From contig JAFGMC010000006.1 in assembly GCA_016927735.1 (NCBI GenBank), positions 43,952-107,951 on the forward strand: 64,000 nucleotides of DNA, given 5' to 3'. The first letter of the stretch is position 1. Every line of letters starts with the position of its first letter. Under the pieces are notes generated by a model that saw nothing but the letters and a program-made list of their open reading frames with translations, was not told the DNA's origin and searched no databases. Of this stretch, positions 48,745 through 58,711 are shown in pieces. Source of the DNA: Alphaproteobacteria bacterium. GTDB taxonomy: Bacteria; Pseudomonadota; Alphaproteobacteria; Rs-D84. The position numbers and the translations under genes are program-made.

Positions 48745-50232
48745 TTAGAATGCATATTTTAGACCTAAATGTAACCCAAAAGATTGCCAAGTCGCACTCT
48801 TTAATGAATCACTTATTAGTTCTGTATGTGCAGCAACAGTTTCCAAAATTGGTAAATTATTGTCATCCAAAATATACTGTCCATTTTCATCAATCAGGTA
48901 TTGTGAATATTCAGAAACATACAATTCACCAGGTATCTTACCAACATACAAGTATCTTGTATCAACTTTCAAAGACAATTGCATACGATCGGATATTTTA
49001 CAATCATATTCCATTTCTGCACGATATGAATAAGAACCATTATTACCTTCGTCAATAAAACTTGGGTTTTGTTGCCAATCTGTTCTGTTTGGCCAAATAC
49101 CCTCTGATGAATAATTTGGCATACCAAGTTGAACATAGAAGCGCAATTTATCTGTCAATGTCATTTGCTTTTCCATTTCCAGACCAACGTAAAAACCACT
49201 CCAGGTAGTATTATAAATATGTGTTGTTCCGTCAATTTTTATCATACCATCACCACCGATTATAACACACTCACCTGTTCCAACACCCCATGGCAATATT
49301 CCCATTGCTGGATCATATTCTACAGTTGATATTGTATCACCCAGTGAAACAGCTGTTCCACTTGTAGTTGCTGGCACAACCATTATATCTTCTGGTGACA
49401 AACAAACCTGATACCAATCTTCTGGAACATCTGACGTTGTTGGCAGTGTATAATAATTTCCAGCATCATCACCGAATACATAATCCCCCAAACTTGTCAT
49501 CAAAGGTAGATATATTCCAGGATTTGGATAAATATGATTAGACATCTCTAAATTATGTTTGAATATTTCATATCCAAATGATGGTGATAATTTCCATCCA
49601 CCTACATCCCAAACATGATGTGCACCAATTCCAAAACGCATATCATTGGTACTGCCAGACATATCACCCATTGATATTGTAAATATACCATTTTTTGGAT
49701 CCGAAGTATCATAAGGTTTCAAGTCATAATCCATAGACAATCCACCATTTGACAAAGTCCCCATAGTGTATTCACCATATAAAAACAAATCTGTATTACG
49801 TAAACTAAAATTATGATGGATACCAACGGTAATTTCATTCAATACCATATCGTCCCATTTAAGAATAGAATTTACGCCAGTTTCAAATTGGAAATTTGCG
49901 AACTCACGACCATAATCAGCATAAAAATATGTACTTTCTTGTGAAGCCGGTAATGCAACACCGTTCGTTGTCATTGTTCCACTTAATGTCGGTAATTGTG
50001 CACGTGGTACTTGATAAGAATAATTGCGACTGCCGACTACCTGTTTTTGACCAGATTGTCCAACATAATTCGTATATCCTTGATTTTGATAATATCCGTA
50101 ATTAGCCTGGTTTGCATTGTTTGTTTGGTTTTGATAATAAACTGGTGTCCCTTCTTGTGCAGCAAACACAGAGAAAGGTAATAAAACTCCAATTAAAAAT
50201 GCAAAATTCTGTCTTTTCATGCCTACATTCAT
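48745..50232 (-). CDS. outer-membrane beta-barrel protein with Q/N/Y-rich N-terminal region
   Basis: Signal peptide; PVYYQNQTNNANQANYGYYQNQGYTNY; C-terminal ...LGLKYAF. Confidence 0.5.
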   Translation of the reverse strand: MNVGMKRQNFAFLIGVLLPFSVFAAQEGTPVYYQNQTNNANQANYGYYQNQGYTNYVGQSGQKQVVGSRNYSYQVPRAQLPTLSGTMTTNGVALPASQESTYFYADYGREFANFQFETGVNSILKWDDMVLNEITVGIHHNFSLRNTDLFLYGEYTMGTLSNGGLSMDYDLKPYDTSDPKNGIFTISMGDMSGSTNDMRFGIGAHHVWDVGGWKLSPSFGYEIFKHNLEMSNHIYPNPGIYLPLMTSLGDYVFGDDAGNYYTLPTTSDVPEDWYQVCLSPEDIMVVPATTSGTAVSLGDTISTVEYDPAMGILPWGVGTGECVIIGGDGMIKIDGTTHIYNTTWSGFYVGLEMEKQMTLTDKLRFYVQLGMPNYSSEGIWPNRTDWQQNPSFIDEGNNGSYSYRAEMEYDCKISDRMQLSLKVDTRYLYVGKIPGELYVSEYSQYLIDENGQYILDDNNLPILETVAAHTELISDSLKSATWQSFGLHLGLKYAF

Positions 50233-50308
50233 TTAGTTATTATATCATAAAAACGGGCACTTAAAAAGTGATAATTAATTGCTTGAATGTTATCCCCAGC
50301 CATATAGA

Positions 50309-51376
50309 ATGATACGTATGTTAAGACCACATAATTTTTACTTTCATGTGCCTTTTTGTGCGGCAAAGTGCAAATACTGTGCATTTTATTCACACGCATG
50401 TCAAAAACCAGATTGGGATGGGTATTGTGAAGGAATCCTGAAAGAAATTAATTTTTGGTATTATAAACTGGGTAAAATATCTGTTCCAACAATATTTTTT
50501 GGTGGTGGAACACCATCATTAATGCCAACCCATGTTTTAAATAAAATTATAAAATCTGTTTCGGAAAAATTTTTAATTACCGATGATTGTGAAATCAGTC
50601 TGGAGTCAAATCCAGGAACAATTGATGAAATTAAACTGGCCGAGTTTAAATCAATTGGAATGAATCGTTTATCTGTTGGGGTCCAATCTTTGGATGATGA
50701 ACAACTTCAATTTATGGGACGTATACATAATGCAGACCAAGCACTAAAATTATTGGAATCTGCACAAGATTTAGGATTACGGGTATCTGCAGATTTTATT
50801 TATGGATTGCCAAATCAATCTGTTTTAAATACAGAAAACCTGTGCAAAAAAATAAACAATTTGGGATTAAAGCATTGTTCAATGTATGAACTTTCAATCG
50901 AACCCGGAACACCATTTGAAAAGATGAATTTAATATTGCCAGATAATGAAACAATGGCTGATATTTATGGAATGATTGGTAAAACACTTAATCTGCCCAG
51001 ATATGAAGTTTCTAATTATGCTGCCCCAGGCGAAGAATGCGAACACAATCAAAACATTTGGAACGGTGAACCATATATTGGATTTGGACGTGGTGCAGCA
51101 GGAAGGGTCTTGATTGATGATAAATGGTATGAACAATTGGGTGATGGGCAAAGATTTGAATTAATAACAACAAAAGAACGTGCCACAGAAAAAATACTAA
51201 CAGGTATGCGGACAATTATTGGGGTAAATATTACACCGGATATCAATAAAATTATTAATTTTGATTTTATAAAAAATAATCCTGATTTGGTATTAATAAA
51301 ATCTAATCGTATATTAACTACTGAAAAAGGCATGTTGATTTTGGATGATTTACTGATAAACTTGATAAAGTTATGA
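50309..51376 (+). CDS. hemW: radical SAM heme chaperone HemW (HemN-like)
   Basis: HVPFCAAKCKYCAF (CxxxCxxC); about 355 aa. First in-frame ATG at 50309; the track start at 50279 is TTG. Confidence 0.75.
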   Translation: MIRMLRPHNFYFHVPFCAAKCKYCAFYSHACQKPDWDGYCEGILKEINFWYYKLGKISVPTIFFGGGTPSLMPTHVLNKIIKSVSEKFLITDDCEISLESNPGTIDEIKLAEFKSIGMNRLSVGVQSLDDEQLQFMGRIHNADQALKLLESAQDLGLRVSADFIYGLPNQSVLNTENLCKKINNLGLKHCSMYELSIEPGTPFEKMNLILPDNETMADIYGMIGKTLNLPRYEVSNYAAPGEECEHNQNIWNGEPYIGFGRGAAGRVLIDDKWYEQLGDGQRFELITTKERATEKILTGMRTIIGVNITPDINKIINFDFIKNNPDLVLIKSNRILTTEKGMLILDDLLINLIKL

Positions 51377-53391
51377 AAAATAAATTTCTAAATATCATTG
51401 GAATTATTGGGGTTATAATCGCAATTGCGATTACTATTTTTATAAAAAAGGAAGAAACTATGTTGGGTAAATTTAATCTGAATGCGTTGGAAAATGCAGA
51501 ACAAATCGTTAATGATTCTGTCGCAAAGGCACGCAAAGAAACCGAAGACTTGGTATCAATCAAAGATAAAACTTATATGAATTTTTTGCGCCCACTGATG
51601 GATATTGATGCAAAACTACAACAAATAACTTTCCCTATTTATCATTTAAACGATGTGAATAATTCCCTTGAAACACAAAAAATTGTTGATGCAATACTGC
51701 CTGTTTTATCAAACTATTCTTCGGATATGGTACGTCACAAGGGTATTTATAATGGTGTTTTATATATCAAAAAAAACGAATATGAAACTTTGAATTTTGA
51801 ACAAAAAAAAGTCGTTGATGATTCTATCAAAGGATTTGAAATTGCCGGTGTCGCATTGCCAGAAGATAAACAAAAACAGTTGAAAGAAATAGCCAGTAAA
51901 TTATCAAAACTATCAAATGATTTTTCAAATAATATTATTGCAGCGAACAAAAAAAATAAAATATTAATAACAGATGAAAATATTCTCGGTGAAATGCCAG
52001 CGTCTGATAAAACCGCAGCCAAAACAAAAGATGGTTGGGAATTTTCACTGTTGGCACCATCATTTATTCCTTTTATGAAATATGTAACAGACCGAAAATT
52101 ACGTGAAGAAATGTATAAAAATTCTTCAACACGCGCACCAGAAAATGAAAAACTTATTCCAGAAATTTTAAAACTTCGTAATGAAAAGGCAAAAATATTA
52201 GGATTCAAAAATTACGCTGATCTGGCATTTCAATTTCGTGATGCAAAATTACCCGCAACGGCTGAAAAATATTTATATTCTATTGCAGAAATCGCAAAAC
52301 CGGCGGCACAAAAGGAATTTTCTGAATTAAAAGAATTTTCTAAAATTGATATTGAATCCTGGGATATCGCTTATTACTCAAGAATTCTTCAAAAAGAAAG
52401 ATATTCTTTAGATGAAGCAGAAACAAAACCATACTTTGAAATGAATGAAACGATTGATGGTGTTATGTCTGTTATATCAGAAATACTTGATATTAAATTT
52501 AAGCCTCGTAATGCTGACATATGGGATCCAAACGTACGTTATTTTGATGTATTGCGTGATAATAAAATAATTGCTGGTTTATATTTGGATTTGCAAACAC
52601 GTGAATCAAAAAAATCTGGTGCATGGGCAAATAATATGTCGGTACATCATCGTGATAAAGAAAATAAAGAGCATCTAGCCGAAGCAATAATTGTTGCAAA
52701 TTTCCCTGTTGGAACAAAAGATAATCCATCTCTGCTGACATTGAATGATTTATCAACATTGTTTCATGAAATGGGACATGCTGTACATTTAATGCTTTCA
52801 ACTGTTGATGAACGTGATGTCAGCGGATATGATGTTGATTGGGATGTGGTTGAATTTCCATCACAATTTTTAGAAAGCTTTTGGTTAAATAAAACCGTGT
52901 TAAAGAAAATTGGAAAACATTATAAAACTGGTGAAATAATTCCTGACGATTTGATTGAACGTGTTATTGCAGCCGATCATTTCCAAAAGGGAATGCATTT
53001 GGTTCGTCAATTGGAATTTGGAATATTCGATTTAGAATTGTATCAAAAAGAAAATCTGACGGTTGAAAATGTTCAAAGTATTCTTGATGATGTTCGTAAA
53101 CGCGTGGCTGTTATAAAAATTCCAGATTATAATAAATTCCAAAACACTTTCAGTCATATATTTGTTGGTGGATATGCAGCAGGATATTATTCTTATTTAT
53201 GGGCAGAAAGTCTAGCAGCGGATGCTTATATGGCATTTGATGGAAATCCATTCAATAAAGAGTTGGCACACAAATATCGTGATACTGTTTTGGCATTTGG
53301 TGATTCAAAACCAATGAGTGAACTTTACATAGAATTTTTGGGACGCAACCCAAAACCAGAATCTCTGCTTCAATATTACGGATTGAAATAA
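51373..53391 (+). CDS. M3-family zinc oligopeptidase (Dcp/PrlC-like) with N-terminal TM anchor
   Basis: HEMGHAVH zinc motif, 672 aa, ATGA overlap with hemW. Confidence 0.8.
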   Translation: MKNKFLNIIGIIGVIIAIAITIFIKKEETMLGKFNLNALENAEQIVNDSVAKARKETEDLVSIKDKTYMNFLRPLMDIDAKLQQITFPIYHLNDVNNSLETQKIVDAILPVLSNYSSDMVRHKGIYNGVLYIKKNEYETLNFEQKKVVDDSIKGFEIAGVALPEDKQKQLKEIASKLSKLSNDFSNNIIAANKKNKILITDENILGEMPASDKTAAKTKDGWEFSLLAPSFIPFMKYVTDRKLREEMYKNSSTRAPENEKLIPEILKLRNEKAKILGFKNYADLAFQFRDAKLPATAEKYLYSIAEIAKPAAQKEFSELKEFSKIDIESWDIAYYSRILQKERYSLDEAETKPYFEMNETIDGVMSVISEILDIKFKPRNADIWDPNVRYFDVLRDNKIIAGLYLDLQTRESKKSGAWANNMSVHHRDKENKEHLAEAIIVANFPVGTKDNPSLLTLNDLSTLFHEMGHAVHLMLSTVDERDVSGYDVDWDVVEFPSQFLESFWLNKTVLKKIGKHYKTGEIIPDDLIERVIAADHFQKGMHLVRQLEFGIFDLELYQKENLTVENVQSILDDVRKRVAVIKIPDYNKFQNTFSHIFVGGYAAGYYSYLWAESLAADAYMAFDGNPFNKELAHKYRDTVLAFGDSKPMSELYIEFLGRNPKPESLLQYYGLK

Positions 53392-53421
53392 AAAATCGCC
53401 CAAATGGGCGATTTTTATTTT
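53390..53421. terminator. bidirectional terminator
   Basis: aaaa-aatcgcccaaatgggcgatt-tttatttt. Confidence 0.8.
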
Positions 53422-53428
53422 AAATAGT

Positions 53429-53710
53429 TTAAGCAACTTTCTTTCTAAATTCCGTACTTGGGCGGAATGTCACAACCCTGCGTGCCGATATAACTGCTGG
53501 TACGCCTGTTTTTGGATTACGACCCATACGTTCCGGTTTATTCAAAATTTTAAAACTGCCCAGACCTGCAAATTTAACCTCTTCCCCACGTATCAAAGAT
53601 TCTTCTACTTCCTTGAAAACCAAATCAACCAATTTATAAGAATCAGTTGTGGTTAATCCGAACCTTTCACGTAATTTATTTGCAAAATCTATTCTTGTTA
53701 TTGTTGCCAT
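53429..53710 (-). CDS. ihfA: integration host factor alpha / HU family
   Basis: GRNPKTGVPAVISARRVVTFRP signature. Confidence 0.85.
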   Translation of the reverse strand: MATITRIDFANKLRERFGLTTTDSYKLVDLVFKEVEESLIRGEEVKFAGLGSFKILNKPERMGRNPKTGVPAVISARRVVTFRPSTEFRKKVA

Positions 53711-53713
53711 TTT

Positions 53714-54652
53714 TTACACCCTGAATAATGCTGAACCCCATGTTAATCCACTGCCAAATGCAGGATATAAGATTAACTGACCTTTTTTGATTATACCATT
53801 GTCCATACCATACGCCAATGCCAACACACCAGATGCCGCACTGGTATTTGCATATTTATCAACTGTGACCACAACCTTTTCTAATGGAAATCCGATCGTT
53901 TCTGCAGCTGTTTTCATAATACGCAAATTCGCCTGATGTGGGATAAGCCAATCAACCTGGTCAACGGTTATACCCGCATTTTTCATTATAAATGCTGCAG
54001 CCTCTGGCATCAATGTAACAGCTTTTTTATATGTTTCTGGTCCATTCATACTTATTTTGTGATCCAATGTACCATGCAACATACCGAAACCCGTACCATC
54101 CGCCATAACAACTGTATCAATAATTCCCGTATCTTTATCATTGGATTCTTCAAAAATCAGGGCACCCGCACCATCACCAAACAAAACGGCTGTACCACGT
54201 TCTTCCCAGTTAATAAACCGTGTCATTTTTTCTGCACCAATTATCATAATACGTTTATACATCCCCGCAGCAAAGAACGCGCGCGCGCAATGCATCGCAT
54301 AAATATATCCAGTACAAGCCCCGCGAACATCAAAGGCCGGTACAGTTTTTGTCGCATTCAAACGTCCCTGAACCTGAACCCCCACAGAAGGGAAGTCTAA
54401 TTCTGGTGTTGTTGTTGCAACAATTATCATATCTATATCATCAATTGATAAATTTGAATTTTTCAAAGCCAGTTCTGCAGCGCTGGTCGCCATATCTGCA
54501 ACCGTTTCATCATCACGTGCGAAATGGCGTTCTTGCATACCCGTACGACTTACAATCCATTCCTCGGTGGTATCCATCAGTTTTTCAAAATCTTTATTTG
54601 TTACCACTCTTTCGGGTAAATAAGCCCCATAACCAACCAGTCTGCTTCCCAT
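53714..54652 (-). CDS. fabH: 3-oxoacyl-ACP synthase III
   Basis: MGSRLVGYGAYLPERVVTN...TGMQERHFA aligns to the FabH N-terminus. ATG at 54652 with SD ggaga; the track ORF extends further 5' and would overlap tRNA-Arg. Confidence 0.85.
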   Translation of the reverse strand: MGSRLVGYGAYLPERVVTNKDFEKLMDTTEEWIVSRTGMQERHFARDDETVADMATSAAELALKNSNLSIDDIDMIIVATTTPELDFPSVGVQVQGRLNATKTVPAFDVRGACTGYIYAMHCARAFFAAGMYKRIMIIGAEKMTRFINWEERGTAVLFGDGAGALIFEESNDKDTGIIDTVVMADGTGFGMLHGTLDHKISMNGPETYKKAVTLMPEAAAFIMKNAGITVDQVDWLIPHQANLRIMKTAAETIGFPLEKVVVTVDKYANTSAASGVLALAYGMDNGIIKKGQLILYPAFGSGLTWGSALFRV

Positions 54653-54736
54653 GATATTCTCCATAATTATAGTCATTATATAGGTTGGGATAATATCTTG
54701 CAATATTAAAATCCAACTATTAACATATAGTGCATT

Positions 54737-54812
54737 GTCCCCATAGTTCAACTGGATAGAATAGAGGTTTCCTAAACCTTTGATGCAGGTTCGATTCCTA
54801 CTGGGGATACCA
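54737..54812 (+). tRNA. tRNA-Arg (CCT)
   Basis: 76 nt, acceptor GTCCCCA/TGGGGAT, anticodon arm GAGGT-TTCCTAA-ACCTT, TTCGATT T-loop, CCA encoded. Confidence 0.7.
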
Positions 54813-54819
54813 TTATTTT

Positions 54820-54848
54820 AAAAACGGGGCAAATTGCCCCGCTTTTAA
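54820..54848. terminator. bidirectional terminator
   Basis: aaaaa-cggggcaaattgccccg-cttttaaa. Confidence 0.8.
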
Positions 54849-54875
54849 ATCTAATTTATAATTAATTACTAAATA

Positions 54876-55433
54876 TTAATCTTCACTAAACTTTTTTACA
54901 GTGTTTCTTTTGTCATTAAAACCACCGAATTTTGGACCGCCGCGTCCTTCACTTGAGCGAAAACTTGGACGAGAACCAAATGATGGACGATCGCCACCAC
55001 GGCTATCGCGTGAACCACCGAAACTTGGGCGTGGTCTGTCACCACCGCGACTATCACGTGAACCACCAAAACTTGGACGTGGTCTGTCGCCACCGCGACT
55101 ATCGCGTGAACCACCGAAATTTGGACGTGGTCTGTCACCATCACGGTCAGAAGTTGGACGTGGTGAAAACTCTGGTTTGTTTTGAACTTTCATTGCAACA
55201 TCAACTGCTTTGCGAACCAATGCACCAATTGGTACTTCTATTCCCAATTCATTTTCATGTGTTTTTTGCCAGCCTGTTAAGAAAGCATATTGTTCTTCTG
55301 TTAATTCCACTGATACTGTTTTTCCAGCAGATTTTTTTACTACTTTTTCAGCTTTTCCTGCTTTTTCCACTATTTCTACTATTTCCACTGTCGCTTCTGC
55401 CCCAGTATCTATTGTTTCTTCTGTTTTTTTCAT
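54876..55433 (-). CDS. hypothetical protein: ribbon-helix-helix-like N-domain plus Arg/Gly/Ser-rich repeat tail
   Basis: SD gggagg; VSVELTEEQYAFLTGWQKTHENELG...ALVRKAVDVAM then (GGDRPRPSFGGSRDSR)x3. The plus-strand overlapping ORFs are low-complexity artefacts. Confidence 0.35.
   Translation of the reverse strand: MKKTEETIDTGAEATVEIVEIVEKAGKAEKVVKKSAGKTVSVELTEEQYAFLTGWQKTHENELGIEVPIGALVRKAVDVAMKVQNKPEFSPRPTSDRDGDRPRPNFGGSRDSRGGDRPRPSFGGSRDSRGGDRPRPSFGGSRDSRGGDRPSFGSRPSFRSSEGRGGPKFGGFNDKRNTVKKFSED
54989..55160. repeat. 48-bp tandem repeat, ~3.5 copies, inside the RGG-protein gene
   Basis: cgtggtctgtc(a/g)ccaccgcgactatc(a/g)cgtgaaccacc(g/a)aaa(c/t)ttgga repeated at 55030, 55078, 55126. Confidence 0.85.
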
Positions 55434-55660
55434 ATATGCCTCCCTGGCATGATTACGTAATACACGTATTGTTTAATTATAGAGCATAATATTCATATAG
55501 CAAGCTGCAATACTACTAAATTTAGTATAATAACACTATTTGTTTTTTCATAAAATTTTTGTGATTTATTTTTAAATATAACATTAAGTTTTGCCCGATT
55601 TTTTTGATTGCCCAAGTTTACAGTGTGTGATATAATCATGAATAATGAAGAAGGGATTTC

Positions 55661-57862
55661 TTGATGAAAAAATTTGTTGTTGTACTTAGTGGATTGTTGG
55701 TTATGCCAGCTTTTGCAGAAGTTGCCCCCGTAAATTATTATGATGAGGCAATTGAATATTCAGACGAACTACCAAATGATGATATTGTTGTAAACGATAT
55801 CAAAGAAGATGTGCAGCCTGTAATTCCTGTAGTTCCAGCAACTGTAAGTCCACGTGCAAACATTTCTCGCAGTGCCAGTCGCGCATTACCATCTGTTGAA
55901 TCTAATGTATCTTCACGTAGTAATTCTGGACGCTCGGTTTCCAGTCGTACAACAAATACACTACGTTCTCGTGAAAATACAAATATGGTATCTTCACGTT
56001 CTTTGGATCAAAATGTTACTTCTAGAAGAAATAGCGTTTCTAATAAACCTGTCGCACGTGCTGCAACTCTGACTCAAACAGATACAGTTAGCACACCACT
56101 TTATTACAGCACCAGCCGCGTCAGTGTCAGACCAACTGGAACTACTGCAAGTTTACGTGCACCAACTGTACGCGCTGCAACAACTGCGAGTTCTGCAGAT
56201 GCAACTGTTTCCACTGGACCAACATTGGACGAATTGGCACAAATGACCGATTTCTGCAAAGCGCAATATACACAATGTATGGATAATTTCTGTAATGTCT
56301 TGGATGATAACCAAGGACGTTGCAGCTGCTCTGCAAACATAAAAAATTATGCAAAAACCGAAGATGGTTTAAAATCAGCAACAGAAGAATTACAAGATGT
56401 TGCACAAAAAATTCAGTATATCGGTTTAACCAAAGATGAAATTGAAACTTTGTTCTCTCAGACCGAGGCGGAAACTGAAATGCAAAATAAAACTGATACA
56501 ACACAATTAAAGAATGATTTAGACAAAGTCAAAAGTCTGATATTCGATGTTAAAAGTGGAACATCAGTTGCAAGCGATACTGGTTTAAGCTTAGATTTAA
56601 GCGGTTTAATGGATTTCAGTTTTGATAATACTGGCTTTGATTTAAATACATTATTCAATGGTTCTGCTTCAGCTAACAGTATCAGTAATCAACGTGGTGG
56701 TGAACTTTATAAAACTGCCACAGCACGTTGTAAAACAGCTGTTTTAGATTCTTGCAAAGCGCAAGGTGTTGATACAACGGTTGTATCAAACAGTTATGAT
56801 TTAGAAATTGATAAACAATGTATTGTTTACGAACGTAGTCTAAGCGATGCCAATACACAAATGATATCAACAGTCAGAAATGCAAAAAGTGTTTTACAAA
56901 AGGCAAGACTGGTTGTTGCACAACAAAAGAATTCTTATGACTTGCGTGGTTGTATAAATGCCTTGGATTCTTGTATGCAAGATGACTTTGTATGTGGCAG
57001 TGATTATGAAAACTGTTTAGATCCAACAGGCAAATACATTGTAAATGGTGGGGTTGTTGTCGGTAGTGAACCTGGTGTTTCTGGTGGCGATTTAACATCA
57101 ACATCTACCACTGCAACTGGACTTTACAGCGTTTGGAATTATACCGGCAGTACAACATGGGGCGCTGGAACAATCGATGCATTTATTAATCAATATATTG
57201 GAACTGCGGCTGCAACTCCTATAAGTATGGTTGATTATTTGGAACAAAAAATTGGATATAATGACCCTACTGATGGTAAGAATTATGGTATGTGTATATC
57301 TGTTCTGAATAAATGTCAGGATCAAACATACGACAAATCTACTGGTGATTATGAAAGAAATAATGATGTAGTAAAAGGATATTTAGAACGCACATTAATA
57401 CAAATTAAAGTTGCTCAGGACGATTTAATATCAAACTATGCTGAGAATTGTTTGACAGACGTTGCATCATGCTTGTCAACAAACAATTATACATTATCTG
57501 CCAGCACTGCTGTTAATGCTTGTTCATCTGTCATAAAAACTTGTGCAAGTGTTACTGGATCTTCAACATCATCTGTTGTTAATTCTGCAACAACATCCAG
57601 TTCTGCTTCATCGTTCCCTATTATATACAATTTTAATGGATATGCCAGTTCATGGGCATCAGGATATTCACCTACACTGTTTTATAACAAGGATGTTTTG
57701 TATACATTACCAGTTTCTTCTAACGTTGCTATGTATCCTGGATGTATTTTCAGTGGTTGGGCAGAAAGTTCAAGTTCACCTTTGGTAACAACAATACCAG
57801 TAGGAACAATTGGTGTTAAGACATATTACCTTCAAGGCACAGGTTGTATACCAGCACGTTAA
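55661..57862 (+). CDS. large secreted protein: Ser/Arg-rich N-region plus Cys-rich C-region
   Basis: Signal peptide MMKKFVVVLSGLLVMPAFA; SRSASRALPSVESNVSSRSNSGRSVSSRTT...SRRNSVS; multiple Cys clusters (FCKAQYTQCMDNFCNV...GRCSCS...). Extended -10 tgaTATAAT upstream. Confidence 0.35.
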   Translation: MMKKFVVVLSGLLVMPAFAEVAPVNYYDEAIEYSDELPNDDIVVNDIKEDVQPVIPVVPATVSPRANISRSASRALPSVESNVSSRSNSGRSVSSRTTNTLRSRENTNMVSSRSLDQNVTSRRNSVSNKPVARAATLTQTDTVSTPLYYSTSRVSVRPTGTTASLRAPTVRAATTASSADATVSTGPTLDELAQMTDFCKAQYTQCMDNFCNVLDDNQGRCSCSANIKNYAKTEDGLKSATEELQDVAQKIQYIGLTKDEIETLFSQTEAETEMQNKTDTTQLKNDLDKVKSLIFDVKSGTSVASDTGLSLDLSGLMDFSFDNTGFDLNTLFNGSASANSISNQRGGELYKTATARCKTAVLDSCKAQGVDTTVVSNSYDLEIDKQCIVYERSLSDANTQMISTVRNAKSVLQKARLVVAQQKNSYDLRGCINALDSCMQDDFVCGSDYENCLDPTGKYIVNGGVVVGSEPGVSGGDLTSTSTTATGLYSVWNYTGSTTWGAGTIDAFINQYIGTAAATPISMVDYLEQKIGYNDPTDGKNYGMCISVLNKCQDQTYDKSTGDYERNNDVVKGYLERTLIQIKVAQDDLISNYAENCLTDVASCLSTNNYTLSASTAVNACSSVIKTCASVTGSSTSSVVNSATTSSSASSFPIIYNFNGYASSWASGYSPTLFYNKDVLYTLPVSSNVAMYPGCIFSGWAESSSSPLVTTIPVGTIGVKTYYLQGTGCIPAR

Positions 57863-57890
57863 TAAATTATTTTAAATAAAAGTAATTATA

Positions 57891-58346
57891 TTAATTACCC
57901 GAAACAATCTTAAGATTTGGGCGTAGTTTGCGTAAATTGCCCATTGATTTATTCTGGGCTTCTTTGAATGCTGATGGGTTCCATATTTGAAAACTATTAC
58001 CGCGTCCAACAAAAACAGCAGTATCTTTTATACCCGCGTGTTTTAATAAATCTTCTGGTATAACAATACGACCAGTTACATCAAATTGCAACGGACGCGC
58101 ATCTGCAAATAACATTGCCGACAAATCATCCAACTCGGTATCAAATACGCCCATCTGATCACTGGCCGAGGCCAGTTTTTCCATACGTGACATAGACAAA
58201 CCTTCAATACAATCATTTGTAAAAGATCTGTATAAAACAACTCCTTGAAAATTTTCACCCATCACAGATGAACGAAAGGAAGCCGGAACGGAAATACGCC
58301 CTTTTGTATCCAAGCGATTTTCATAAGATGAGAGAAACAATGACAT
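57891..58346 (-). CDS. mraZ: MraZ-family transcriptional regulator, not linked to rsmH/dcw genes
   Basis: Two DxxxR-type MraZ motifs (NRLDTKGRISVP; FDVTGRIVIP); 151 aa. Confidence 0.8.
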   Translation of the reverse strand: MSLFLSSYENRLDTKGRISVPASFRSSVMGENFQGVVLYRSFTNDCIEGLSMSRMEKLASASDQMGVFDTELDDLSAMLFADARPLQFDVTGRIVIPEDLLKHAGIKDTAVFVGRGNSFQIWNPSAFKEAQNKSMGNLRKLRPNLKIVSGN

Positions 58347-58520
58347 TTTATGTTTCCTTGTTTTACCGAGAAATTTCGGCTTCCTTCCAATTCGATATAA
58401 AATTTAGCACCAGGCATTATGATTGTCAATGACAAATTATAATTATTTTATGGTATATCATGGTTTATTAAGTAATTTATAAGAAAATATAAATAAAATA
58501 TAAATAAAATAAAATTTCAC

Positions 58521-58550
58521 TTGACCAGCGATTCGTTTTTGTTCTATGAT
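58521..58550 (+). promoter_or_regulatory. sigma70-type promoter TTGACC-N18-TATGAT with ~155-nt leader
   Basis: TTGACC at 58521-58526, TATGAT at 58545-58550; next ATG at 58712 (SD aagggag). Confidence 0.45.
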
Positions 58551-58711
58551 TCGTGTATAGACAAGGAAGATAAGTTTAAAAACCGCAGGAATCCGGCAAA
58601 AAACCAGAAATCTGCACAAAAACAAAAACGGATAAAAGAATTGATTTCGAATTTTGTAAATACAAAATTTATTTCAGCTTTTAAAATAAAAACTTAAAAG
58701 GGAGAACAGGG

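Noticed and set aside
54901-55489. Two plus-strand ORFs (94 and 185 aa) overlapping the RGG-repeat gene
   Set aside because: They are repeat-driven open frames with junk-like L/F-rich translation. The minus-strand gene has SD gggagg, and the bidirectional terminator sits at its 3' end.
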